Below, piece after piece: positions 39,458 to 47,850 of a stretch of 47,850 nucleotides of DNA. This DNA comes from Nitrospinota bacterium (lineage in GTDB: Bacteria; Nitrospinota; Nitrospinia; Nitrospinales; VA-1), in NCBI GenBank assembly GCA_038108555.1, contig JAYNIA010000013.1:1-47850 (forward strand). Direction: 5' to 3'. A model generated the notes under the pieces. The model had not been told where the DNA came from. It made no database searches and was given only the letters and a program-made list of their open reading frames with translations. The position numbers and the translations under genes are program-made. Every line of letters begins with the position of its first letter. Positions within the stretch are counted from its first letter, which is position 1.

Positions 39458-40527
39458 TTGAATCCATCCTCGAAAAAGCTATCGCGGGGCAGCGCCTTGA
39501 GCCTTCTGAAGCAGTCCATTTGTTCGACACAAAAGATATCCTTTTGCTCGGCAACGTTGCCTCACGACTGACCCGGAAAAAATTAAACGATAAAAAAACC
39601 ATTACATATATTGTCGACCGCAATATCAATTACACCAATGTTTGTGTCACCGACTGTTCCTTCTGTGCATTTTATAGAAAGGAACCTGATGAAGATGCCT
39701 ATATCCTTCCTTTTGAAACCATCGCCCAAAAAATTGAGGAAACCCTGGCCATTGGTGGCAACCAGATTTTGTTACAGGGAGGGCACAACAACCAATTAAA
39801 AATCGACTACTTCGAAGATTTATTCAAAAACATTAAAGCAAAATACAATATTCACCTGCATGCCCTCTCCCCTTCAGAAATTTTACACACCAGTCGAATC
39901 TCTAAAATTTCTTTAGTGGAAACTTTAAAAAGAATGAAGGCGGCTGGACTGGACTCCATCCCTGGAGGCGGGGCAGAAATTCTCGTTGACCGGGTCCGTA
40001 AAATTATCAGCCCGAAAAAATGCACCAGCGACGAATGGCTGGAAGTCATGGAAGAAGCGCATAAAATGGACATCCCCACTACAGCGACCATGATGTTCGG
40101 CCATGTAGAAACTTTGGAAGAACGGGTCGAACATTTAAGGCGGCTACGCGAACTGCAGGATAAAACGGGTGGCTTTACGGCATTTATAGCATGGGGATTC
40201 CAGCCCGGAAATACCGAGCTACAGGGTGAGACAGGAATCAAAACAGCAGTCAGTGGATTCGAATACCTGAAGACTCTGGCGATCAGCAGAATCTTTCTGG
40301 ATAACTTTGACAACCTTCAATCTTCCTGGGTGACGCAAGGACCCAAAATCGGTCAGGTATCCTTATATTATGGAGCCAATGATATGGGCAGCACCATGAT
40401 GGAAGAAAATGTTGTTGCTGCGGCAGGAACGGTCTATTGCCTGGATGAGGAAGAAATAAAACGATTGATCACCGACGGTGGCTTCACCCCACAACGGCGC
40501 AACATGCGCTACCAATACGTAGAATAA
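39454..40527 (+). CDS. mqnC: Cyclic dehypoxanthinyl futalosine synthase (radical SAM)
   Basis: DRNINYTNVCVTDCSFCAF, IPGGGAEIL, QSSWVTQG, MMEENVV. Confidence 0.9.
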   Translation: MIESILEKAIAGQRLEPSEAVHLFDTKDILLLGNVASRLTRKKLNDKKTITYIVDRNINYTNVCVTDCSFCAFYRKEPDEDAYILPFETIAQKIEETLAIGGNQILLQGGHNNQLKIDYFEDLFKNIKAKYNIHLHALSPSEILHTSRISKISLVETLKRMKAAGLDSIPGGGAEILVDRVRKIISPKKCTSDEWLEVMEEAHKMDIPTTATMMFGHVETLEERVEHLRRLRELQDKTGGFTAFIAWGFQPGNTELQGETGIKTAVSGFEYLKTLAISRIFLDNFDNLQSSWVTQGPKIGQVSLYYGANDMGSTMMEENVVAAAGTVYCLDEEEIKRLITDGGFTPQRRNMRYQYVE

Positions 40528-40536
40528 AATCACTCC

Positions 40537-40573
40537 AAAAAAAATCCCCTCCCACTTTGTAAGAGGGAGGGGA
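40537..40573 (-). terminator. Rho-independent terminator downstream of the integrase-like gene, between convergent genes
   Basis: Minus strand TCCCCTCCC-11 nt-GGGAGGGGA followed by T8. Confidence 0.75.
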
Positions 40574-40646
40574 AAACTAATGTAAAGGGCTATACGATAC
40601 GGTTTTGCTAAATGGGCACTGTCAATTTGTCGCCTTCGCTAGAAGG

Positions 40647-41435
40647 TTAGAGGGCGCGTCTTCCCAGCAATGTTCTAACAGAAGCCTTATCGTTTCCTTT
40701 GGCAAGCATGAAAGCCGTAAAAGACTGCCGCAACGAATGCGGAGTCGCTTCTTTTTCTATACCTGACGATTTCAGAGCCGCTTTGAAAAATTTAGTTACA
40801 CTCCGCGTGGTCAAATTCCCTCCCCGTTCACTGGGAAATAAATAGTCATCGGGACCTTTATTTCCAATCTGCCTTTGCAAGGCGTCTTTGAGACCCATGG
40901 AAAAAATAGTGGTGCGAGCTCCGAACTTGCCAATGCCGGGAACAAACATTTTCAACTTATCGAGATTAATGTGTTTGACTTTTACCGCCACCAGTTCAGA
41001 TACTCTGAGTCCCGCCGTATAGGCCAACTCTATCATCAGTCGATGTTTCAGGTTCTCGGCTGAAATTGCAATTTTTTTTACCTCGCTGATGGTTAGAACC
41101 ACCGGCTTTAATTTTTTCTTACGCGGTCGTTTGAATCCTTCCAAAACCAGATCTTCATTGTAAACCGCCTTGTGAAAATAGCTGAGTGCGTTGTAGGCCT
41201 GGTCCACTGTGGAACGGGACTTGCCCTGTTCAATAAGCTCGGCAAGGTATTCACGAATTTCAACATGAGTAACTTCACGTGGATTCTTCAAATTTTTGTT
41301 GCGAACAAAATTTCTGAGTTGCCCCAAATAAGCTTTGATGGTTTGAGGACTGTAGGCCCGTTGTTCCAGGTTTCCCTGAATGGCATTGAATAAACGAGAT
41401 AATGATAAGGGATGGGTTGTGACATTGTTCATCAT
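40647..41435 (-). CDS. Tyrosine-recombinase homologue with an IntI-like N-terminal SAM domain, lacking the C-terminal His and catalytic Tyr
   Basis: YSPQTIKAY, STVDQAYNAL, PVVLT..EV, YTAGLRVSEL, YLFPS, PHSLR; ends LLGRRAL-stop; GGAG RBS. Confidence 0.85.
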   Translation of the reverse strand: MMNNVTTHPLSLSRLFNAIQGNLEQRAYSPQTIKAYLGQLRNFVRNKNLKNPREVTHVEIREYLAELIEQGKSRSTVDQAYNALSYFHKAVYNEDLVLEGFKRPRKKKLKPVVLTISEVKKIAISAENLKHRLMIELAYTAGLRVSELVAVKVKHINLDKLKMFVPGIGKFGARTTIFSMGLKDALQRQIGNKGPDDYLFPSERGGNLTTRSVTKFFKAALKSSGIEKEATPHSLRQSFTAFMLAKGNDKASVRTLLGRRAL

Positions 41436-41639
41436 GGAATCTCCAACAAATGAAATTGTAAAAACTTATGGGAAAAGAAACGCGTGTGTCTAATGCGGAA
41501 TAACCAATTGAAATTTGACTATTTGTTTGAAGCAGGATACCGGAACGCCCGCTTCCGCTATCTAAAAGCCAATATAATCAATTAGTTACAAAACGTCAAG
41601 AGAAAAGTCTCAAAAAATCAAGGCCTTAGAGGGTAAGAC

Positions 41640-43964
41640 CTAGACTTGTAGTGAATGTTCGAGTTTTTGCAATGCGCCAATGGCGGGTAGGTGGTCCTGC
41701 TCTGCCGCACGTCTCAGCCAGTGGATGGCTTCTACATAGTGGATTTCGGTTCCCCGGCCATTTCGATACATCAATCCCAGTTGGTATTGGGCGTCACTGT
41801 GACCGTGTTCGGCAGCAAGCCGAAACCATTTGAAAGCGGCTTCTTCATCGAAGGATTGAAAACAGTATCCCATCTCAGCTTGCGCCAGGGTGTTGCCCTG
41901 TTCTGCAGATTTCTGATACCAGCTCAAAGCTTCATCAGAAGATTCCAGCATTCTCGCCAGATTGTATTGGGCGAGATCGTTTCCGTTCTCTGCAGCCCGA
42001 CGGTACCACTTCATGCATTCATGTTTGCTGTAGGGAACCCCTTCGCCACGCTCATACAATCCTGCCAGATGATTTTGTGCACGCGCATGACCCTGTCCTG
42101 CTGCTTTTCTAAGCCAGGAAATATCTTGAGATTGCATCTTATCGGGTTGCGATTCCATTTGCGAGGTTTTGCGATACCATTTTGCAGCCTCTTCAAAATC
42201 TTTATCGACTCCCTTGCCAATAAAATAGATTCGGCCCAGTGCCTGTCCTGCCTGAAGGTTTCCCTGTTCTGCAGCCTGCCGGTACCAGTAGGCACCCTCC
42301 TTTTCAGCACCCTGGTTTTCATATAGAAGTCCGAGATGGTATTGCGCTAAATGGTTGCCCTGCTCTGCAGAAAGATGAAACCACTTCAACGCTTCTTCCG
42401 AGTTTTGCTGACTGGAATAAATTTTACCCAAACTAAATTGGGCATAGTCGTGGCCCTGTCCCGCTGCTTTCTCAAACCAATGAATGGCTTTTTCTAAATT
42501 TGATTTTACACCGTCCCCATTGAGATACATTCGACCCAGATTGTATTGCGCCAGAACATAACCCTCTGCCTTGTGATACCAGTTCAAAGACTGAGCATGG
42601 TCGGCGGGAACTCCTTTTCCGTGATAATACATTCTTGCAAGATGAAAACGGCCAAAGACATCTCCCTGCCAGGCAGCTTTTCGGTAGCATTTAACCGCTT
42701 TTGCCAAATCCTGTTCAATGCCCTTTCCATTTTCGTAAAGGATTCCCAGGAACACCTGGGCCCGGGTTTCATTTTCTTTGGCAGAACGTTTAAAAAATTC
42801 GAAAGATTTTTGATCGTCCTGGTCCACTCCCTCCCCCAGGAAATAAAGCATTCCAATATTGAATAGAGCCTGTGGATGTTCCTGTGCCTTTTTGTACCAG
42901 TGATACGCTTGTTGCGGATCTCTCTCACAACCCTTGCCATAGTCGCAAAGTAACCCCAGCGAATTTTGTGCTTCATCATGGCCTTTATTGGCCGCCCGTT
43001 GCAGCCAGAGGAAAGCTTCTTCATATTCCTTCTGCTCGAAAAAATATTTTCCCTTTTGATAAAGGTCTTCACCGGTGGGTATAAAATCGGGAGACGTGGT
43101 TTTCAAAAAATGCCGGGCATGAGCATGGCCCTGTTCCGCTGCACGGCACAGCCATTTCAAAGCTTTCTGCGGAGCCCTTGCCACCCCTTCGCCGCAATAA
43201 TAAAGAGTTCCCAATTTAAATTGGGCAAGATCCAATCCATTCAACGCCGCTTTTTTAAACCATCGCGCCGCCTTGACAGAGTCTTTCCCGACTCCCTCTC
43301 CACGATCATAAAGGTCGCCAAGATTGTATAATCCCGCTTCATTTCCATTCAAAGCGGCTTTTTGATACCAGCCTCGGGCCCGATCATAATCCTGCGGAAC
43401 CCCTTCTCCCTTTTCAAAAAGAACACCCAGCATATTCTGGGCGGTGTCATTATCTTTATCCGCAGCCTTCTCAAACCATTTCGCAGCTTGTTGGGAGGAC
43501 TTTTCCGTTCCCTTGCCCTGGTAATACATCCTTGCAAGATTAAACTGTGCTGCGGGGTCATCTTTCTCGGCTGCTTCCTTGTACCAATGCAAACTTTGTT
43601 CAAGATCCTGCTCCACTCCTAAACCATTTTCATACATCAAAGCCAGAAAACCCTGTCCCTTTGCCGAACCTTTTTTCGCAGCTTTTTCAAACCATTTGAA
43701 AGCTTCTTCATGATTTCGGGAAACACCCGCTCCCTTGAAATAGACGACTCCTAAATTGTATTGCGCCAGAGGATCTCCAGCACGTGCCTCCTTGAACCAG
43801 GTTTCGATTTTCTTGCGTTTCAATTTACCCAACGCACCCGAATCGGTTTTATATAAAACATCGGGAAGCTGGTTGGTAGCAACAGATGAATTCCAGGGGA
43901 AAGAAACCGGCTGGGTTTCAGCAAGGGACTGCTTGGAAGGAAGATTTACGTTTAATTCCTGCAT
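41640..43964 (-). CDS. Sel1-like-repeat protein (about 19 repeats), no signal peptide
   Basis: Repeated AQYNLG..Y..G.GV..D...A..WY.KAAEQG units. Confidence 0.93.
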   Translation of the reverse strand: MQELNVNLPSKQSLAETQPVSFPWNSSVATNQLPDVLYKTDSGALGKLKRKKIETWFKEARAGDPLAQYNLGVVYFKGAGVSRNHEEAFKWFEKAAKKGSAKGQGFLALMYENGLGVEQDLEQSLHWYKEAAEKDDPAAQFNLARMYYQGKGTEKSSQQAAKWFEKAADKDNDTAQNMLGVLFEKGEGVPQDYDRARGWYQKAALNGNEAGLYNLGDLYDRGEGVGKDSVKAARWFKKAALNGLDLAQFKLGTLYYCGEGVARAPQKALKWLCRAAEQGHAHARHFLKTTSPDFIPTGEDLYQKGKYFFEQKEYEEAFLWLQRAANKGHDEAQNSLGLLCDYGKGCERDPQQAYHWYKKAQEHPQALFNIGMLYFLGEGVDQDDQKSFEFFKRSAKENETRAQVFLGILYENGKGIEQDLAKAVKCYRKAAWQGDVFGRFHLARMYYHGKGVPADHAQSLNWYHKAEGYVLAQYNLGRMYLNGDGVKSNLEKAIHWFEKAAGQGHDYAQFSLGKIYSSQQNSEEALKWFHLSAEQGNHLAQYHLGLLYENQGAEKEGAYWYRQAAEQGNLQAGQALGRIYFIGKGVDKDFEEAAKWYRKTSQMESQPDKMQSQDISWLRKAAGQGHARAQNHLAGLYERGEGVPYSKHECMKWYRRAAENGNDLAQYNLARMLESSDEALSWYQKSAEQGNTLAQAEMGYCFQSFDEEAAFKWFRLAAEHGHSDAQYQLGLMYRNGRGTEIHYVEAIHWLRRAAEQDHLPAIGALQKLEHSLQV

Positions 43965-43975
43965 ATTAAATCAGC

Positions 43976-44746
43976 TCAAATAAACTCGTGGGCAAGGTCA
44001 CGAATCCGGGCCTCGGTTTTATTAATTTTTTCTTCAATATCATCGGCAATTTCCTGCAAAAGATCGCGTCCTTCTTTTTCTGCCGACTCAATATTATTTT
44101 TCAATTGAAACATTTCAGACAATTGCAATTCTTCCAACTCGTCTGAAATTTCATTCAGCCGACCCCGAACCTGCGCCAATTGTTGAACCGCTCTTTCCAG
44201 TTGTTCGCCCAATTCCAAATGGTCCTCAGAAAATCCCTCGGCCTCCCATTCCATTAGAACGGAGCGAATGGCTTCTTCATCGAGCTTGTCATAGGCCTGG
44301 TTGAGTTTTGCCATGAGATCGGTTCGTTTGTTCCTTTCTTCAACAGACGAACTCAGATCGGGATGAATTTTTTTCGCGACGCGGCGGAATAATTTCTTTA
44401 AATCTTCCGGAGGATTGAATTCCTTTTTGGACTCGGTTGATTCTTCTTTTTTCTCCGAATATTCTTTTGCCTGCTCCCGGGCTGTTTCCGCCTGCTCGCT
44501 AAACACCTCCGCTTTTGGATATAGTTTTGCAGCCAGACTCAGAACCTGTGCCTTGACAATATCCATCTCTGCATACTTCGCCCCCACTACCTGCTGGTAC
44601 CGAATTTCAAAAAGGTTCAATTCAGATTTCTCTGTGGAAAGCTGCAATTCCATATCCGCTAAATCTCTGCGGAGCTGAGCCAATTCACGCCGCTTGGCCT
44701 GCAATTCTTCAGCTTGAGGACTTAAAATCTGGACAACAGAAGACAT
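43976..44746 (-). CDS. Coiled-coil protein with a central J-domain
   Basis: LKKLFRRVAKKIHPDL...MAKLNQAY (HPD motif) flanked by heptad-rich helices. Confidence 0.85.
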   Translation of the reverse strand: MSSVVQILSPQAEELQAKRRELAQLRRDLADMELQLSTEKSELNLFEIRYQQVVGAKYAEMDIVKAQVLSLAAKLYPKAEVFSEQAETAREQAKEYSEKKEESTESKKEFNPPEDLKKLFRRVAKKIHPDLSSSVEERNKRTDLMAKLNQAYDKLDEEAIRSVLMEWEAEGFSEDHLELGEQLERAVQQLAQVRGRLNEISDELEELQLSEMFQLKNNIESAEKEGRDLLQEIADDIEEKINKTEARIRDLAHEFI

Positions 44747-45103
44747 CAAACGCTCACAATTTTTTTAATTGGGAATAATTTATTATCGGGCGTTGTACCC
44801 AATAAAACAAGCAGGTATTGCCTAAACTGGATGGTTTGGACTCTGGATGGGATAAACAACAACCCTGTTTTTCATGCTTATTTTCTCGAATTTCCAAAAG
44901 CCATAACTCCAAACAAATCAAACAACTTCGCACATTAAAACAGATTATCCCAATAAAATCAATAGCTTACATTTCTGCCATATTGAGCCTCACCTTCGGG
45001 CAATGAAACCCTTTAAAATTGGTTAGTTTCGGGTTTTCTGCTACATTGAAAATCGATTCGTCAAAAACCAGAATGTTGCCCAAATTCATCCAATCCCAAA
45101 AAT

Positions 45104-45931
45104 ATGAAATCACCTTTTTTTTCTGAAGATTCTCCTTTTTTAACCCACGAAACCCGGAAAACCCGATGGGCGATCCCCTACCATCTGGAATGCCTGAACG
45201 CCAGGATCGATCAACTTTTGACAAAGAATTTAAGCGCCATCCAGGGAAAGAAAATTCTGGATATCGGATCGCATATGGGAACGTTTTCCTATGCGGCCCT
45301 TGAAGCAGGAGCCAGTTTCATTCAGGGAATCGATACGGAAGAAAAAATGATTCATTTAGGAAAACAACTTTTTCAACAATCAAACGTGGATGAAAAGAAA
45401 TATTCCATGGGCGTTGAAAACGCCTTCGAATATTTGGAAAAAATTGAGGCAGGCAGTTTTGATACCGTACTTTGTTTGGGAATGCTTTACTACACCATCG
45501 AGCCGTATCGTCTTCTCGAGCTTATGGTAAGAGCCGCCAGGGAAACTATAATTATCGATACCTTCACTGCGGCCTATGCAGCCGTCCAGGGTAAAGATGC
45601 GCCCCAGGTTTATAAAAATATTAAAGAGGAAACGCTTCAACTCCCGATCCTGCTCACGGCACTCACGCAACCTGAAAAAAAAGATTACACACTTCCCCAT
45701 TCTTTTGACTACCGCAATAAAGATCTCAGTCTCACCACACTTCCGAGCTCGGCCCTTCTGGAAATTTGGTTCCAGTCCTTAAATATTGAATTTCAAAAAC
45801 TGGACTGGTCCTCATACAGCACCCGGACCTGCAGCTATCACGACCTTCTCACACCCGAACAGAAAAAGTCGTCGCATTGGTCAGATGTATACAGCAGCGG
45901 AATAAGAGTCTCTTATTTGTTATATAAATAA
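45104..45931 (+). CDS. Class I SAM-dependent methyltransferase
   Basis: GKKILDIGSHMG, GID, FDTVLCLGMLYY. Confidence 0.85.
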   Translation: MKSPFFSEDSPFLTHETRKTRWAIPYHLECLNARIDQLLTKNLSAIQGKKILDIGSHMGTFSYAALEAGASFIQGIDTEEKMIHLGKQLFQQSNVDEKKYSMGVENAFEYLEKIEAGSFDTVLCLGMLYYTIEPYRLLELMVRAARETIIIDTFTAAYAAVQGKDAPQVYKNIKEETLQLPILLTALTQPEKKDYTLPHSFDYRNKDLSLTTLPSSALLEIWFQSLNIEFQKLDWSSYSTRTCSYHDLLTPEQKKSSHWSDVYSSGIRVSYLLYK

Positions 45932-45994
45932 AACAGAACGGGTGGACCAAATACAAGCTTAGGGATTTTGTAATTATTTTCAGACAGAAAACTA

Positions 45995-46066
45995 CAACCC
46001 CCTCAGTCCCCCTTGACAGGGGGAAGACAAATGTCCCCCCTGATAAGGGGGGATTCTGGGGGGTTG
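45995..46066. repeat. REP-like cruciform element (outer inverted repeat enclosing two GC hairpins)
   Basis: Outer CAACCCCCTCAG / CTGGGGGGTTG; inner TCCCCCT-TGAC-AGGGGGA and TCCCCCC-TGATAA-GGGGGGA. Confidence 0.75.
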
Positions 46067-46095
46067 GTTATCAAAATTTTCACCTCATCACCTTA

Positions 46096-47253
46096 TCAAC
46101 GGCGATAGAGTTTGTTGGCTTCAGCGGCTATTTTTCCATGTAGATATAAAACCAGCCAACGCTTGCCTCCCTCTTTAATCAGGCCAAACACCACATCCCG
46201 CAAAAGTATTCCCGGTTGTTTTTTTTGCAACGTCTTATATAAAGAGTGAGACCATTTCGCGATTCGACCCACCTGATGCCGGTTCACCCAATCTAAAATT
46301 TTATTTTCTCCCAGAGGAAGGGCCATTTCTTTTGCCTGGGTCAAATGATGGATTCGAATATTTAAAATTTTGTTGATCACCGGTTTTTTACCCAGATTGC
46401 TCAATCCTTCCAGGGAATCGGAAACAGACTTCAGCAAATCACAAACCCGAGCTTCATATATTGGGCTTATCGATTCCGGGTGGTAGTGCCTGGCAATTTG
46501 ATCAGCAAGGGTAAAATATAATTGGCTGGCCTTTTGCCAGGAAATTGTTGTTGCAGAAAACAAAATCTCTTTTTTCGAAGCTTCTGCAATCTGTTGCACC
46601 TCTTCAGGAAACGACACTTCAGGTTCGTCCTGAAGGGTTTCCCATTCTGCAAGAATTGCTTCCGCTTCCACACCTTCTTCTTCAAAGTTCTCCCTATAAA
46701 CCCGTATCGCCGACTCGCTTACCATAAGCAACCATTGGATTAGAAGGGATCGAAGGACCCAGATTTGAAACCTGCGATAAACGGCCCCTGACAATAGATT
46801 TTTTTCAGGGGAGGATACTTTGGAATCGCCAAAAACCTGTATGACCCTGAATCGAGTCACATAATTTATTTGAGGAAGATGAATAATATGTAAAATTTTC
46901 TGACTGGAATTTTGGAGCACATCAAGAACATCCCCCAATCGGGCCTGCTCCATGGGGGACGAAACATTGGGGTGATAAATGGAGGCAATTTTTTCTATTA
47001 AGGAAAAGGAAACTGATTTTAAATCCAAATTTTCTAAATCGACCTCTTGCATTTGATCGCAAGCATTGAGCGTTTCATCAATTGCTTTTTTCTCTTTTTC
47101 ATTGATCGCTGTTTGGCCCCTTGCTTCAAAAATATCTTTTTGATCCTTCAACCAGGAATACAGACGAAAACCTCCTATCAATGGGTTCCTAAAGATGGCG
47201 ACCAATACCAGGGCTATGATCCCTATAAACAGGAAAATTTCAGAGAAGGCCAT
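46096..47253 (-). CDS. Hypothetical membrane-anchored protein with an internal duplication
   Basis: N-terminal TM; two copies of L...IA..YHP....P...AR..D.L. Confidence 0.75.
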   Translation of the reverse strand: MAFSEIFLFIGIIALVLVAIFRNPLIGGFRLYSWLKDQKDIFEARGQTAINEKEKKAIDETLNACDQMQEVDLENLDLKSVSFSLIEKIASIYHPNVSSPMEQARLGDVLDVLQNSSQKILHIIHLPQINYVTRFRVIQVFGDSKVSSPEKNLLSGAVYRRFQIWVLRSLLIQWLLMVSESAIRVYRENFEEEGVEAEAILAEWETLQDEPEVSFPEEVQQIAEASKKEILFSATTISWQKASQLYFTLADQIARHYHPESISPIYEARVCDLLKSVSDSLEGLSNLGKKPVINKILNIRIHHLTQAKEMALPLGENKILDWVNRHQVGRIAKWSHSLYKTLQKKQPGILLRDVVFGLIKEGGKRWLVLYLHGKIAAEANKLYRR

Positions 47254-47362
47254 TCTGCCCCTCGTTTTTAATATATTGGAGAACAAACATTGGTGTTATA
47301 TTGGAGCTACCTGTTTCCGGTTTATTGGAAGCAACCCATCAAACCTGACAAGGCAATTGCAA

Positions 47363-47773
47363 ATGACCCGCCGCTTCCAAAAATTTTTACTTCTTATACT
47401 GCTTGTATTGATTTTAACCCAATGCAGCGACAAAAATAGTCAAGAATATGTTCAGGAAGGATTGGATTTATTACGATCCGAACAATATTCTTCTGCCGAG
47501 AAGTCCTTTTTAAAAGCCATAGAATTAGACCCGAATAATGCCGAAGGTTATTATGGACTCGGCGGCATTTATAACTACCAGAAAAAATTTTCAGAAGCTG
47601 AAAAGGCTTTTAAGTCCGTCTTAAGAATCGACCCCACCCATCACAATGGCTGGTATAGTCTGGGTTATACCTACGAATTGATGGGCAGAAAAGAAGAGGC
47701 CGAAGAAAGTTATAAAAAATATCGTCGCTTGAAAGGGGAAATGGATTCACTCATGAACCAGGGAAAATCTTGA
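47363..47773 (+). CDS. TPR-repeat protein, probable lipoprotein
   Basis: MTRR + hydrophobic stretch + LTQC; three TPRs (KAIELDPNNAEGYYGLG, RIDPTHHNGWYSLG). Confidence 0.85.
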   Translation: MTRRFQKFLLLILLVLILTQCSDKNSQEYVQEGLDLLRSEQYSSAEKSFLKAIELDPNNAEGYYGLGGIYNYQKKFSEAEKAFKSVLRIDPTHHNGWYSLGYTYELMGRKEEAEESYKKYRRLKGEMDSLMNQGKS

Positions 47774-47850
47774 GACTCGTCATTGTTTTCATTTTTATTT
47801 TTATCTGGGTCAACGGATGTGCCCCTGCCAAAAAACACCGGAAAAGATAC
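47770..47850 (+). CDS. Start of a probable lipoprotein (3' truncated by window edge)
   Basis: TTG overlaps the upstream TGA; reads LRLVIVFIFIFIWVNGC, a lipobox-like signal; open to the window end. Confidence 0.5.
   Translation, partial: MRLVIVFIFIFIWVNGCAPAKKHRKRY

Noticed and set aside
41651..43983. Multiple antisense and alternate-frame ORFs (e.g. 41691-42326, 211 aa) over the Sel1 gene
   Set aside because: These are shadow ORFs of a repetitive coding sequence with no recognisable motifs; the same applies to the other short overlapping ORFs in the track
40560..44960. Integron with gene cassettes, or a prophage
   Set aside because: The integrase lacks the IntI-specific insertion and the catalytic Tyr. 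I found no convincing attC (RYYYAAC...GTTRRRY) pairs, phage genes, tRNA target or flanking direct repeats.

Overview
A bacterial chromosomal segment of moderate to low GC. The gene content (AlgE-type porin, hpnA, futalosine-pathway mqnC, cobA-hemD fusion, ATP-type pckA, many stand-alone cNMP-binding proteins) suggests a Nitrospina-like diderm, but that assignment is inference. From left to right it holds: an outer-membrane porin with a strong terminator; a PPIase, hpnA and a CruF-like gene; two paralogous 65-aa membrane microproteins; a LOG-family nucleotide hydrolase; four tandem stand-alone cyclic-nucleotide-binding proteins behind a sigma-54-type motif; and a ~20 kb surface-glycosylation region. 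That region has GT2, GT4 and three GT-C enzymes, methyltransferases, a B12 radical-SAM enzyme and a GT4 split at a T9 run, and is interrupted by prfB (programmed +1 frameshift) and an RNase Z-like gene. Next come a 1163-aa double-NHL-propeller protein and housekeeping genes (pckA, pdxA, rsmA, cobA/hemD, parvulin, VOC protein, mqnC). The right end has a tyrosine-recombinase homologue lacking its catalytic Tyr, a J-domain + Sel1-repeat gene pair, a REP-like cruciform and a TPR lipoprotein. I saw no rRNA, tRNA, CRISPR array or intact IS. The best candidates for undescribed systems are the four-CNB cassette, the GT-C/TPR/GT2 fusion, the NHL-coil-NHL protein, and the catalytically dead integrase beside the J/Sel1 module. 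All family calls come from motif recognition by eye, not database searches.
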